Source of the DNA: Bacillota bacterium
GTDB lineage: Bacteria; Bacillota; Clostridia; Peptostreptococcales; Anaerovoracaceae
Assembly (NCBI GenBank): GCA_017543805.1
Contig: JAFYFK010000204.1
Location: 1 to 26,009, forward strand
DNA length: 26,009 nucleotides
Direction of reading: 5' to 3'
A program made the translations under genes and the position numbers. Below are positions 8,597 through 18,200 of the stretch, in pieces (position 1 is the first letter of the stretch; every line of letters begins with the position of its first letter). The notes beneath the pieces are model-generated. The model made no database searches, was not told where the DNA came from, and worked only from the letters and a program-made list of their open reading frames with translations.

Positions 8597-9493
8597 TTAT
8601 GCCTCGTTAAGATAGCGCCTCATGGAGATGATACTGCCGAACGCGCCGATGCTCAGGCCCAGGGCGAGGAATATCCACACCAGGTTGAACATCATGAATT
8701 CGGTCTCCACGAAGGTCGTCGAGAAGAGGACGAACGCCTGGTCTCCCAGCATTTCGACCATCTTCTCGTAAAGCGCCCAGATGATGCCCAGCGATATGAC
8801 CGCTGAGATCATGCCTATCAGCATACCTTCAGCCAGCATGGGACCGCGGATAAACCAGTTTGTGGCGCCGACGTACTTCATTATCATGATCTCGTCGCGC
8901 CGCGCCATAACGGTGAGCTTGACCGTATTGGAAACGACTACGACCGAGACTATTACCAGGAATATTATTATGACCATGGCAGCCTTCTGCAGCGCGTCCG
9001 AGATGGCCAGCACCTTGTTGATCTCCGTCTGGTAGTAGCGTACGTCCTCGACGCCGATAAAGTTCCGGCAGATGGAGGCCGTAAGCTCTCCGCCCTGCAG
9101 GTTGCTGAGCGTGACCCTCAGGGAATTCGGAAGCGGGTTCTCCGACAGCCCGTCGAGCAGGTAGCCGTTTTCACCCCAGCGTTCCTTGAATTCCGCCATA
9201 GCCTGCTTTTTGGAGATGTACTCGACGTTTGACACGTCGTCCAGAGCCATGAGGCTCTCCATCATGGTCTGGGCTTCTTCGTAGGAGGTGGAGTCCTCGA
9301 GGAAGACTTCTATGGTGTCGAACTGCTCCTTTACGCTTTCGGTCATAAAACTTACGTTGACCGTCAGGAAGAAGAACAGGCCGAGTATGAGCAACATTGC
9401 GGTTATCGAGAAGAGCGAAGCGAGGGTCATGCCGCGGTTGCGCCACATCTGGATAAATGCCTGTTTGAGTGAGTAGAAGAGGTTCTTAATCAT
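8597..9493 (-). CDS. ftsX: Cell division ABC transporter permease FtsX
   Basis: 4-TM topology with large first extracellular loop, ENPLPNS, NTVKLTVMARRDEIMIMKYVGAT motif; overlaps ftsE. Confidence 0.95.
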   Translation of the reverse strand: MIKNLFYSLKQAFIQMWRNRGMTLASLFSITAMLLILGLFFFLTVNVSFMTESVKEQFDTIEVFLEDSTSYEEAQTMMESLMALDDVSNVEYISKKQAMAEFKERWGENGYLLDGLSENPLPNSLRVTLSNLQGGELTASICRNFIGVEDVRYYQTEINKVLAISDALQKAAMVIIIFLVIVSVVVVSNTVKLTVMARRDEIMIMKYVGATNWFIRGPMLAEGMLIGMISAVISLGIIWALYEKMVEMLGDQAFVLFSTTFVETEFMMFNLVWIFLALGLSIGAFGSIISMRRYLNEA

Positions 9494-10169
9494 CGTAGCC
9501 GTACTCTCCTCCCACCGAATCGCGGACTATGTGCCCGTGGTCTATCGCGACGACGCGCTTGCCCATGCGGTTTACTATGTCCTTGGCGTGCGTTACCATA
9601 ACGACCGTAGTTCCGCGCCTGTTTATGATGTCGATAAGCTGCATTATCTCCCATGCGGTGTCCGGGTCGAGGTTTCCTGTCGGCTCGTCCGCTATGAGCA
9701 TCTTGGGGTTGTTGATTATAGCCCTCGCTATAGCCACGCGCTGCTGTTCGCCCGCGGAAAGATGGTCCGGGAACTCGTCCGCCTTGTCCTCTATGCCCAT
9801 TACGGAGAGGATCTGCGGCACCTGCCTCTTTATGGTGCGCTGCGTGGCGTGGATGACTTCCATTGCCAGCGCGACGTTTTCGAATACTGTCTTGTGCGGA
9901 AGCAGGCGGAAGTCCTGGAATACCATGCCGATGTCGCGGCGGAGTTTAGGTATCTGCCGGTTGGAGAACCTGGTGATGTCCTGCCCGTCCACTAGTATGC
10001 GGCCGCTGTCCGCGTTGATCTCGCGGAGTATCAGCTTTATGAAGGTCGACTTGCCCGCGCCTGACGGACCGACCAGGAAAACGAAGTCTCCGTCTTCGAT
10101 CAGTATGTTTGCCTCGTGCAGCGCGTCTGTTTCGCCGAACGATTTTGTTACGTTTTCAAATTCTATCAA
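9486..10169 (-). CDS. ftsE: Cell division ATP-binding protein FtsE
   Basis: Walker A GPSGAGKST, VFQDFRLL, LSAGEQQRVAIARA, ADEPTGNLDP; TTG start behind GGAG SD. Confidence 0.95.
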   Translation of the reverse strand: MIEFENVTKSFGETDALHEANILIEDGDFVFLVGPSGAGKSTFIKLILREINADSGRILVDGQDITRFSNRQIPKLRRDIGMVFQDFRLLPHKTVFENVALAMEVIHATQRTIKRQVPQILSVMGIEDKADEFPDHLSAGEQQRVAIARAIINNPKMLIADEPTGNLDPDTAWEIMQLIDIINRRGTTVVMVTHAKDIVNRMGKRVVAIDHGHIVRDSVGGEYGYDD

Positions 10170-10212
10170 GTGAGCACTCCAAATAACGCTATTTTGTAAT
10201 TTGCCACGTTAG

Positions 10213-10241
10213 ATAATACTATATATATGGATTTTTGTTAA
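10213..10241 (-). promoter_or_regulatory. Sigma-A-type promoter of the ftsEX operon
   Basis: Minus strand TTAACA (10241-10236), 17 bp spacer, TATTAT (10218-10213). Confidence 0.6.
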
Positions 10242-10272
10242 TACGGCTATGGCTTTTTTAATAAAAATTTAA

Positions 10273-10284
10273 TATAATCTTCAC
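10273..10284 (+). promoter_or_regulatory. -10 box for a probably leaderless DUF523 transcript
   Basis: TATAAT at 10273-10278, 6 nt before the ATG; no SD; -35 weak. Confidence 0.5.
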
Positions 10285-10713
10285 ATGAAAAGCGTACTTA
10301 TCAGCGCCTGTCTGCTAGGCGAAAACTGCAAATATAACGGCGGGAATAACTATAATGAAGCCGCTGCCGCCCTCGCGGAGCGTTATGAGCTGGTGCCGGT
10401 CTGTCCGGAAGTTCTCGGAGGGCTTTCGGTGCCGCGCCCGCCCTGCGAACGATCTGGAAGCCGAGTGATCTCCAACGACCCTGAAGGCCTTAAGGACGTG
10501 ACAGAAGCCTTTGTATCCGGCGCGAGGCAATGCCTTGAGATCACAAAGGAAAAAGGCATTGAGCTTGCTGTCCTGAAAGCCAAAAGCCCGTCCTGCGGAA
10601 GCTGCAGGATCTACGACGGCACATTCTCACACACCGTCATACCCGGAGACGGCGTTACAGCCGAGATGCTTAAAGCGAACGGCATCCGGGTCATAACGGA
10701 GGAAGATCTGTAA
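10285..10713 (+). CDS. DUF523 / 2-thiouracil desulfurase (TudS-like) protein
   Basis: 142 aa; SACLLG..C.Y.G, CPE..GGL..PR, KSPSCG cysteine motifs typical of DUF523. Confidence 0.88.
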   Translation: MKSVLISACLLGENCKYNGGNNYNEAAAALAERYELVPVCPEVLGGLSVPRPPCERSGSRVISNDPEGLKDVTEAFVSGARQCLEITKEKGIELAVLKAKSPSCGSCRIYDGTFSHTVIPGDGVTAEMLKANGIRVITEEDL

Positions 10714-10721
10714 TAAAAGAC

Positions 10722-10753
10722 AAGATCCGCTGCGCAATATTACGCAGCGGATC
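10722..10753. terminator. Bidirectional intrinsic terminator; left copy of 32-bp direct repeat
   Basis: AA-GATCCGCTGCG-CAATATTA-CGCAGCGGATC, 11-bp stem, between convergent DUF523 and S8 genes; identical to 23859-23890. Confidence 0.85.
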
Positions 10754-10791
10754 ATATTTATTTTGCGGTCATAAAATGTTTATAAACAATT

Positions 10792-12153
10792 TCACGGTCT
10801 TCTCGCTTCGGTCAGCGGCGCATATTTTGCCGCGCCGCAGAAGAACTGCGCCCAGCCGGCAGCTTCATCCGGCGCCTGCAGCGCTGCGCTCTCGCCCGGA
10901 TCGATCGTCAGAGTAAAAGCGCTGACGTTCAGGAAGCGGCCGTCCTCGTCATAGCGCGCAAGATAATATATGCATTCCAGCGTTTCCTCCGTGGCATTGC
11001 GGATACTCTCCGCGGGTCCGGTTTCCGGGGCAAGCAGGTATGGCGGTTTTTCCGCGCGGATGACGCTTGCCGCGATGTCCAGCAGGCCGTAGCCGTATTT
11101 ATCGTCACGCCCTGCATCGCCTTTGTCCACGGCAGTTTCGGCGAGGATCTCCCGTATATCCGCCGGGGTCAGTTCATCGTCGATGCTCAGCAATACTGCC
11201 GCCGCAGCCGCAGCGTACGGCGTTGAGAAGGATGTACCGGTGGAGGTCACATAGCCTCCGAGATTCCCCGCGGTCTTGACGTTCACGCCCGGCGCCGTAA
11301 GGAACACGCTGCTGTTATAGTTGGATCTGTAATACCAGTCTCCGTTCCGGTCCACGCTGCCGACACCGATCACTGTATCGTATGACGCGGGATAATAGAG
11401 AGCGGCAGTTCCGTTGTTGCCTGCCGCCGCGACCACCGTAACGCCTTTCTCCTCGGCGTATCCTATCGCCTCCGCAAGCAGCGTCGAATCGCTGTTTATG
11501 CCGACGCTCAGGTTGATGACATTGCAGCCGTAGTCGTCGACAGCGCCGTATATGGCGCTGCAGACCGTGCTGGTCATTACGGTCTTTCCGTCCGTTATCT
11601 TGAGCGGTACGATCTCCGCCTCCGGCGCCGCGCCTACATATCCGTCGTCTCCGGAACCCGCTATAAGCCCTGCGACGAGTGTGCCGTGGCCGTATTTGTC
11701 CGCGGTGTCGTCTTCGTCCGCGCCTTCCATGTAATTGTGTCCGGCCTGCAGGCAGTGATCAAGGAACGTTCCTGCATTGACTCCGGAGTCGATGACCGCC
11801 ACACGGACTCCCTGCCCCAGATATCCTTTGGCAAAGGCAATATCCGCGCCGATCAGGGCAAGATCCCATTTGTCGGAGGCGTAATACTGCGGCGGATCTT
11901 CATCCAGGATAGTCATGACCGAGTCCTGCTCATACCATTCGAGCTCTCCCGCCGCGTAAAGCCACCGCATCTCCGCCGCGCTGACCACCTCAAAACGGCT
12001 GTTTCCGTCCTTAAGCTTTACGATGTAATCCGGTTCTTCAGCTACTGCGGAGCAGGTCGGCAGAATGATAACAGCAAGCAGGGCTGCGGCCAGAAGCTGT
12101 AACCTGCGCGGAAACTTTTTATTCAGTTTTTCTCCGCTTTTTTTTATTTTCAT
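10792..12153 (-). CDS. Secreted S8 (subtilisin-like) serine protease
   Basis: Signal peptide (..LPTCSAVA), short prodomain, triad VAVIDSG / HGTLVAG / GTSFSTP, oxyanion AAAGN; ~85-aa C-terminal extension. Confidence 0.92.
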   Translation of the reverse strand: MKIKKSGEKLNKKFPRRLQLLAAALLAVIILPTCSAVAEEPDYIVKLKDGNSRFEVVSAAEMRWLYAAGELEWYEQDSVMTILDEDPPQYYASDKWDLALIGADIAFAKGYLGQGVRVAVIDSGVNAGTFLDHCLQAGHNYMEGADEDDTADKYGHGTLVAGLIAGSGDDGYVGAAPEAEIVPLKITDGKTVMTSTVCSAIYGAVDDYGCNVINLSVGINSDSTLLAEAIGYAEEKGVTVVAAAGNNGTAALYYPASYDTVIGVGSVDRNGDWYYRSNYNSSVFLTAPGVNVKTAGNLGGYVTSTGTSFSTPYAAAAAAVLLSIDDELTPADIREILAETAVDKGDAGRDDKYGYGLLDIAASVIRAEKPPYLLAPETGPAESIRNATEETLECIYYLARYDEDGRFLNVSAFTLTIDPGESAALQAPDEAAGWAQFFCGAAKYAPLTEARRP

Positions 12154-12210
12154 TTCCGGCTATATAATACCCTTATTTGGCCGGCAAATATACAACAAAT
12201 AAAAAAATCC

Positions 12211-12258
12211 AACAAATGATCCGCCGCATACAGGACAGTACACGACGGATCGTTTGTT
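12211..12258 (-). terminator. Intrinsic terminator after the giant surface protein gene
   Basis: AACAAATGATCCG/CGGATCGTTTGTT stem with one mismatch; followed on the minus strand by GGATTTTTTTATTT. Confidence 0.65.
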
Positions 12259-12273
12259 ATTTTACTGATATTT

Positions 12274-15200
12274 TTATTTATCCAGTGCGTCGACGAGTCT
12301 GCTGAACATGACAGCTATCTCGGCCCTGGTCGCCCCGTCCTTCGGAGCGAGCCTGCCGTCGGCCTTGCCCTGAACGACCTTGTTCATGGTCATCCAGCAG
12401 AGCGGCTCGTAAGCGTAGCCTGCCACCCGGTCCGCATCCGGATAATCGAGCCGGAAGCTCCACATCCCGCTGAATCCCTTGCCCTTGTACTTGGCGTAGC
12501 GGTACAGGAATGCGGCCAGCTGTTCACGGGTCACCTCTCCGTCCGGGTCGAAGGTGGTTTCGGTAGTGCCCATGACGATGCCGTTTGCGGCAGCCCAGTT
12601 TACAGCGGTCTCGTAGTAGCTGCCGGCCTTGAGGTCTGTAAATCCGTAAGCCTTAGCCTCCGGTCTGTTCTCAAGCCTCCACAGCATCGCGACGACCATC
12701 GCTCTGGTGGTGTGCGCGTTCGGGGCAAATGTCGTCTTCGAGGTACCGGCCATAAGTCCGTTCTCAAGAACGAAATGTAAGCCGTTGTGGTACCAGGCTT
12801 TCGGATCGGCGTCGGTAAAGACGTCTATCGGACAGCTTGCATCCTTCGGGCAGTTTGCGATATCCGCACTCTTATCGTCGTAAGCTATCACGTAGCTTGC
12901 CAGCGAAGACATCTCCCAACTCAGCTTTCCGTTCGTGTAGGTGGCCGGGATCTGAGTCTTCTCTCCGTTCTGGGAGATTCCCCAGACCGTTAAGCCGGAA
13001 GCCTTCTGGCCGTCCTTCAGAGCATAATCGACCGCTACTGTCGCGGTACCTCCTCCGAGGTCCGTAATGCGCTTTCCGCCGCCTGTCATATAGACTTCGT
13101 AGACTTCCTGTACGTCCATATCGCCGAGGGCTTCTGTCTGTTTTACGTTCAGATCCTTCTTTGCTATCGGAGCAACATTGATCTGCAGGTCCATTCCGGC
13201 GGTCTGCCCGGCAGCCGATGCAAGCGCCTTCGGACTTAAGGTCACGGTGCTGTTCGGAAGCTTAACGGTAAGTCCGTCCGCGTCGTCATCAATGGCCTCG
13301 TCGATGGCTTTTACGGTCTCGCCGGGGATGACTACAGAGCTGACGTTCTCAGGCATGCCGCTCAGGTCGACGGTGACGGATCCGGTCTCATTGCCGGCGC
13401 CGGTGATCTCCTTCATCTGGTCTTCGCTCGGTGCGGTAATGGTGGCGGTGCTGCCGTCAACGCTCGCGGTGACGGATGTGCTGCCTTCATCGCCGGACAC
13501 CTCTGCGGTCACAGCAGCGGATCCTGACGAAGATCCGGAGGAAGATGCAGGTTCATCGTCCGAAGTATTGTTTGACGTGCCGCTGACGGTAACGCCGATC
13601 TCTTTGCTTATGCCGGAGGGCATCAGCACCATCGTAAGTCTGGTGCTTCCGCCGTTCACGCCGGTCACGGTGCCGTCCTCATCCACTGTCGCCACGTTCG
13701 GATCAGCAATGCTGTATACCGCTTTCGGTTCCGCCATAAACACAGTGGAGTCATAGCTGACGGTCGTGGAAGCAGTGTTTCCGCTCTTAAGAGACAGGGC
13801 TTTTCCGCCGTTGAAATCGACATTCATCGGGTAGTCCATAGTGAACAGCTTCTGGCTGCTCTGTTTTATTATGCTGCCGTCCTTGTCGATAAGATTTATC
13901 TGGACAGCGTCGTAGCCGCAATATTTGAACAGGCTGGCCGGTATGGTCAGAAGCTGCTCATCCTCAAAGACGGAGCTGTTGATAGTTGAACCGGACGCAG
14001 TCTTGGCCGGGAGTTGAGCAGTAATGTCCTTGCTGTAGAGCAGGCCCGTCTCGATGTTGCCATAGCGGTCGCTGTCCAGATCGTCGTATAGACCGACCAG
14101 ATGGATCTCGACGGTGGTGCCCTCTTCGGCAGGTGCGTTGCCCCTGTTGGCTACTCTGTAGTCAATGCTGAACTGATCGCCGTCCTGCACGAGCTCGTTG
14201 ATCGTAATGTTAAAGTCAGGAGCTATGCTGAAGGTATCGGAATAAGACTTTGTATCAGCATAGTAGCCGCCCTTCGCATCCTTCTCTCTGATGACCGCCT
14301 GGATGCTGTAGCCGTCCGGGCCGTCCGCAGGCACTGTCCAGTTGAAGCAGATCTTCTTAGCGGTGTTGACCGGGATGGTCTCGTCGCTGGTATATGTATC
14401 ACCGATCTTGCGCTTCTGCACGCCGTCCTTGTACTCGTAGAATTCGACCACGCAGCCTTCGGCGTTGATCAGACCGACATTTTCGACAGCGGCGGTGACC
14501 TGAACAGTCTCGTTCGCGACGGGTCTGGTGTCACTGAACTCGAACTGGGTCGCCTCCAGAGAACCTACCTTTTCGCAGCGGGTAACGCTCAGGGTCACGG
14601 GGGAATTGTAGGTCAGGGACGCAGCATAATAGTTACCTTCCCTGTCCTGAGTCAGGCCGATCTTGCCCTGTTCGACAAGGCGTACGGCCTCTGCCTCGCT
14701 CTGTGCCATCAGTTTGGAATAACGGTTGTGGACGATCATAAGATCGCCGTTTTTGTCCAGCGCCAGCGCAAGACCGTCGTTGAACTCATTGCTTCTTGTA
14801 AGCCTGTATGGCTTGGACCAGCGGGCGGTACCGGGATCCATCGCGCCGTTCGGATCCTGCTGGATCATGGCGGAAGCGTAGATCTCCTGCGCTATGCTGG
14901 AACCGGTCTCGTCTGCTCCGCTGTCTGCGGCCACGCTGTCCGTCCAGACAACGTAGAGGTTGTCTGCCTCGTCGGTCATTACCTCATACTCGGTTATCTC
15001 GATGGCGTCAGCGGTCAGCAGAGACCCGAAGTCCACGCCCATAACTCTGGGCTCATACTGTCTTCCTGTCTTTGCGTCAGTGGCGAATGTGCCGTCGGGC
15101 TGCACTGCCCAGGTAACATCGGCTTCGGTGTAATTTGCCGCATCCTCGCCCTTGTCAGCGGTCGGAACCTTTGCCTTGAACATTTCGGAAACGTTCAGAT

Positions 15201-18200
15201 ATTTAAGTGTCTGACCGTCCTGACGCCAGAAGAGGAAGGTATTTCCGCCGTTCCTTATGAGCTTCGGCGTGCCTACCTCCACCTGTCTGGTCCTCTCAGT
15301 CATAACGAAGCTGCGTGTCGCCGGGTCGTAATCCTCGAGCTCTTCGGTGACACTGCCCGCAACGCGGACAGGAACGTAGGTGGTGTGTGTATTGAAATCG
15401 TAAGTCTGGACATAGAGAGCCCTGTCATCCGCGGTGTTCAGATCGAAGTCCGTATCCACCGTGTAGGCGTATACCGCAAGACCGTTGTAGCCGGAAGCTA
15501 CGGTAAGGTCAGTGATCGGCGGGTCGGTATTCTTACCGTTCTTATCGATCAGCACGGACGGCAGGAAACGCTGTCCGCCCCACTCCACCAGACTCTGCCG
15601 CTGATCGGCAACGCTCTCCGAAGTCTCGTTATCGAAGTAGTACGTGCGTGCCCAGCCCTTGCCCGGAGTCTGACCGAAGGTGTTCACCGCATCCTCCTGA
15701 TTGTTGTATAGCATGTATACGATGGCACTGTAGGTCTTGTCGGGATCGGGGCTTACAGCTGCCAGATCGAGGAGCTTCTCGCCTTCCGAGTCGTATTTGG
15801 AGTCATTCTGATCCGTCTTGGTGTAGTAGACGATATAGTCGCCGGTCTCGCCGTCATAGACCGCCTGTGGGAAGTCGTCGTAGTAATCGTCGTCCGTAAG
15901 CTGGACAATAGGTCCTAAGCCCGGTCTGGACTTATTGAACTCAACAGTAAAGATATCGAATATCTTCATTGCGGCTGCCGGATCCTTCTCCAGAGCCTGC
16001 TGAACCAGTTCGGGATCATCCGAGCCGATCTTCTGCGCAAATTCGTCCTTCAGGGCATTGTACTTGGCGTTGGAAGCGGATGCCCAGGAGATTATGACCT
16101 TGTTGCCGGCGTCGACCAGATTTGGCCTGCTGTCGGCGGTCATGTCGTTCTGTACGGTCTGAGGCTCAGTCCATGTATCGTATGTTGCGTCGTAGACTGT
16201 CCACTTGAGCGTTGCGGCCTGCATGGCGTCTCTTTCGGGACTGTCGTCCAGGAAGACCATAAGGAACTTATTATCGCCAATGTTGATTATCTTGCTGGAA
16301 GGCTGAGCAAAAGCATTCTCAACGATATCCTTTGTTACGACCGTACCGTATGCCGCCATCAGCTGGCCGTCATTGGCCACCCACTTTGAATCGACATGCG
16401 GGTTGGTGTGGTAAGCGAGTCCTGTAGGCTCATCGTCCTGCAGCACCGCGTTCATGACGGTACCGACAAGTCCGCCCTGCTTATTCATTTCAATGGCGTT
16501 GGCAGTGGTCCAGGTGATGATGTCGTGGTCGTAAGCCCATTTCTTGAGGTCGTAGGTCTTATCCTTGATGGCTTCGACATCGCCCTGATACTTATCCACG
16601 AAATCGCCAAGCTCCCGGCACTTCTGAAGGGCAGTTGCCCTGTCGGCCGCAGTACCGTGTTCGTCTTCTATGCCTTTTTCGACATAGCTGATGCATTTAT
16701 TGGCCCTGCGGACCTCCTGGAAGTAATACATGAAGCCGTCCGCAAGAGGCAGAGGCCAGGATGCCGAGTATACGTCTATTGATGTTATCACAAGGTCTAT
16801 AGTCCCTGTGAAGCCTGCTTCGGTCACGTAGCCCCAGCCTGTGTCAAACAGATCGGGGAACCAGTCTGTGACATTGTTGCTGTAGCCGGACTCAAATACC
16901 AGTTCTACGGTGATCCTCGCGCCGAGTATCTTGTACCAGCCTACGCCGAAGGTTCCGGATACATAGATGCGGCCCTTGAACTCGAAGTTGAAGCTGTAGT
17001 CCTGCGCGTGGACCTGGCTCTTGTTCTTGAAATCGTCAAGCTTCTCGTACTCGGCCAGCGTCTTGTTCGGATCGGCTGAAGCGCCGAGGAAGAAGGTGAC
17101 GTTCATGCCTGCCTCAACGTTGACATAAGCGGGGATGGGTCCCAACATGAAAGGCCATGTATAGCCCACGCCGCCTGTAAATCCGATGAAGCCGCCCGCG
17201 CCCATGAAGACCGCGTCATGGCTCTTCCCCACTCCGCCGTCCTTAGTCATGGAAAGGTCGATATAACCGAAATCGATATAGATGCCTACATAGACCGCGA
17301 TCTTAAAGTAGGGCCCGCCGAAATTGCTTAAATTCCTGGCGCCATAAGCGGCGGAATGGCCTATTCGGGAAACGTTATAGGCCTGATCCAGGTCAGAGGC
17401 GAGGCCGTAAGCATTCTGGATCGCGTTATAAGTCTGATTTTCCGCATAGGCTGCTTTGAATGAACCGACAGAATGGTAAGGATTCCTCTGACTGCTGTAT
17501 CCGCTGCCGCCGCCGGTGCTGACGACAACGCCCAGCATGAAGCGCACTCCGCCGTAGAATGTCTCTTCGAACTTGACCAGTATGCTGAAGACGAAGCTCT
17601 GCGTATAGCCGCCGCCCTCGCCCCCGGCATTGCCTCCGGCAATTTCGTCGTCGCCGAAGTCCAGGCCGTCTTCATCGTCATCTCCGCCCATGGATTCAAG
17701 ATCGGCCATGAGGGAATCCATCTCAGCGCTTGCCGTGGCGCTGGAGACTACCCTGGATACGACGGTGACCGCTGCGGTTATAGCCCCGATGTAGGGGAAG
17801 GAACCGAAGCTTGCGCGCTTGTCGTCCGCAAGCAGGTTTCCGTCCTCGTCCGTCTTGGGCTCGACGCCCAGAAGGCTTGCAACGTCTTCAATGTCGTAGT
17901 CAAAGACCTGAGTCTTGAAATCCGGATCTGATATTACTGCATAACCTGTAGAGACCGGATCATAAACCATCTGCTTTTCGCCGGTAAAGGCGGTGGTCAC
18001 GGTCTGCTTGTCCGTTGTGAGCCTGCACATCAGCACGTCGCCGTAAGTCCAGGATTCGGGATTCTTCGGAGTGAACTGCGCAATATCAAGAGTAAAGGTC
18101 CCTCCGCCGTTTCCGTCAGGCACCCAGCCCCATTTTGCGGGAGAATCCTTACTAGGCGTGACGTTGGAAGAGAAGTACCCGTGGATCTCTCCGGTATTCT

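Noticed and set aside
10760-10792. dif/Xer-like look (GCGGTCATAA...TTATAAACAAT) and imperfect palindrome at the left island edge
   Set aside because: The spacer is 5 rather than 6 bp and the arms match poorly; there is no counterpart at the right edge.
12138-12145. A8 tract in the first codons of the S8 protease as a phase-variation switch
   Set aside because: Short, in frame and typical of Lys-rich N-termini; no evidence of slippage from a single sequence.
14101-15711. Long antisense ORFs (e.g. 7418..8386, 14101..15711, 18949..20355, 20674..21687, 21996..22670, 22898..23926)
   Set aside because: Shadow frames opposite well-supported GC-rich genes, with no motifs or start signals.
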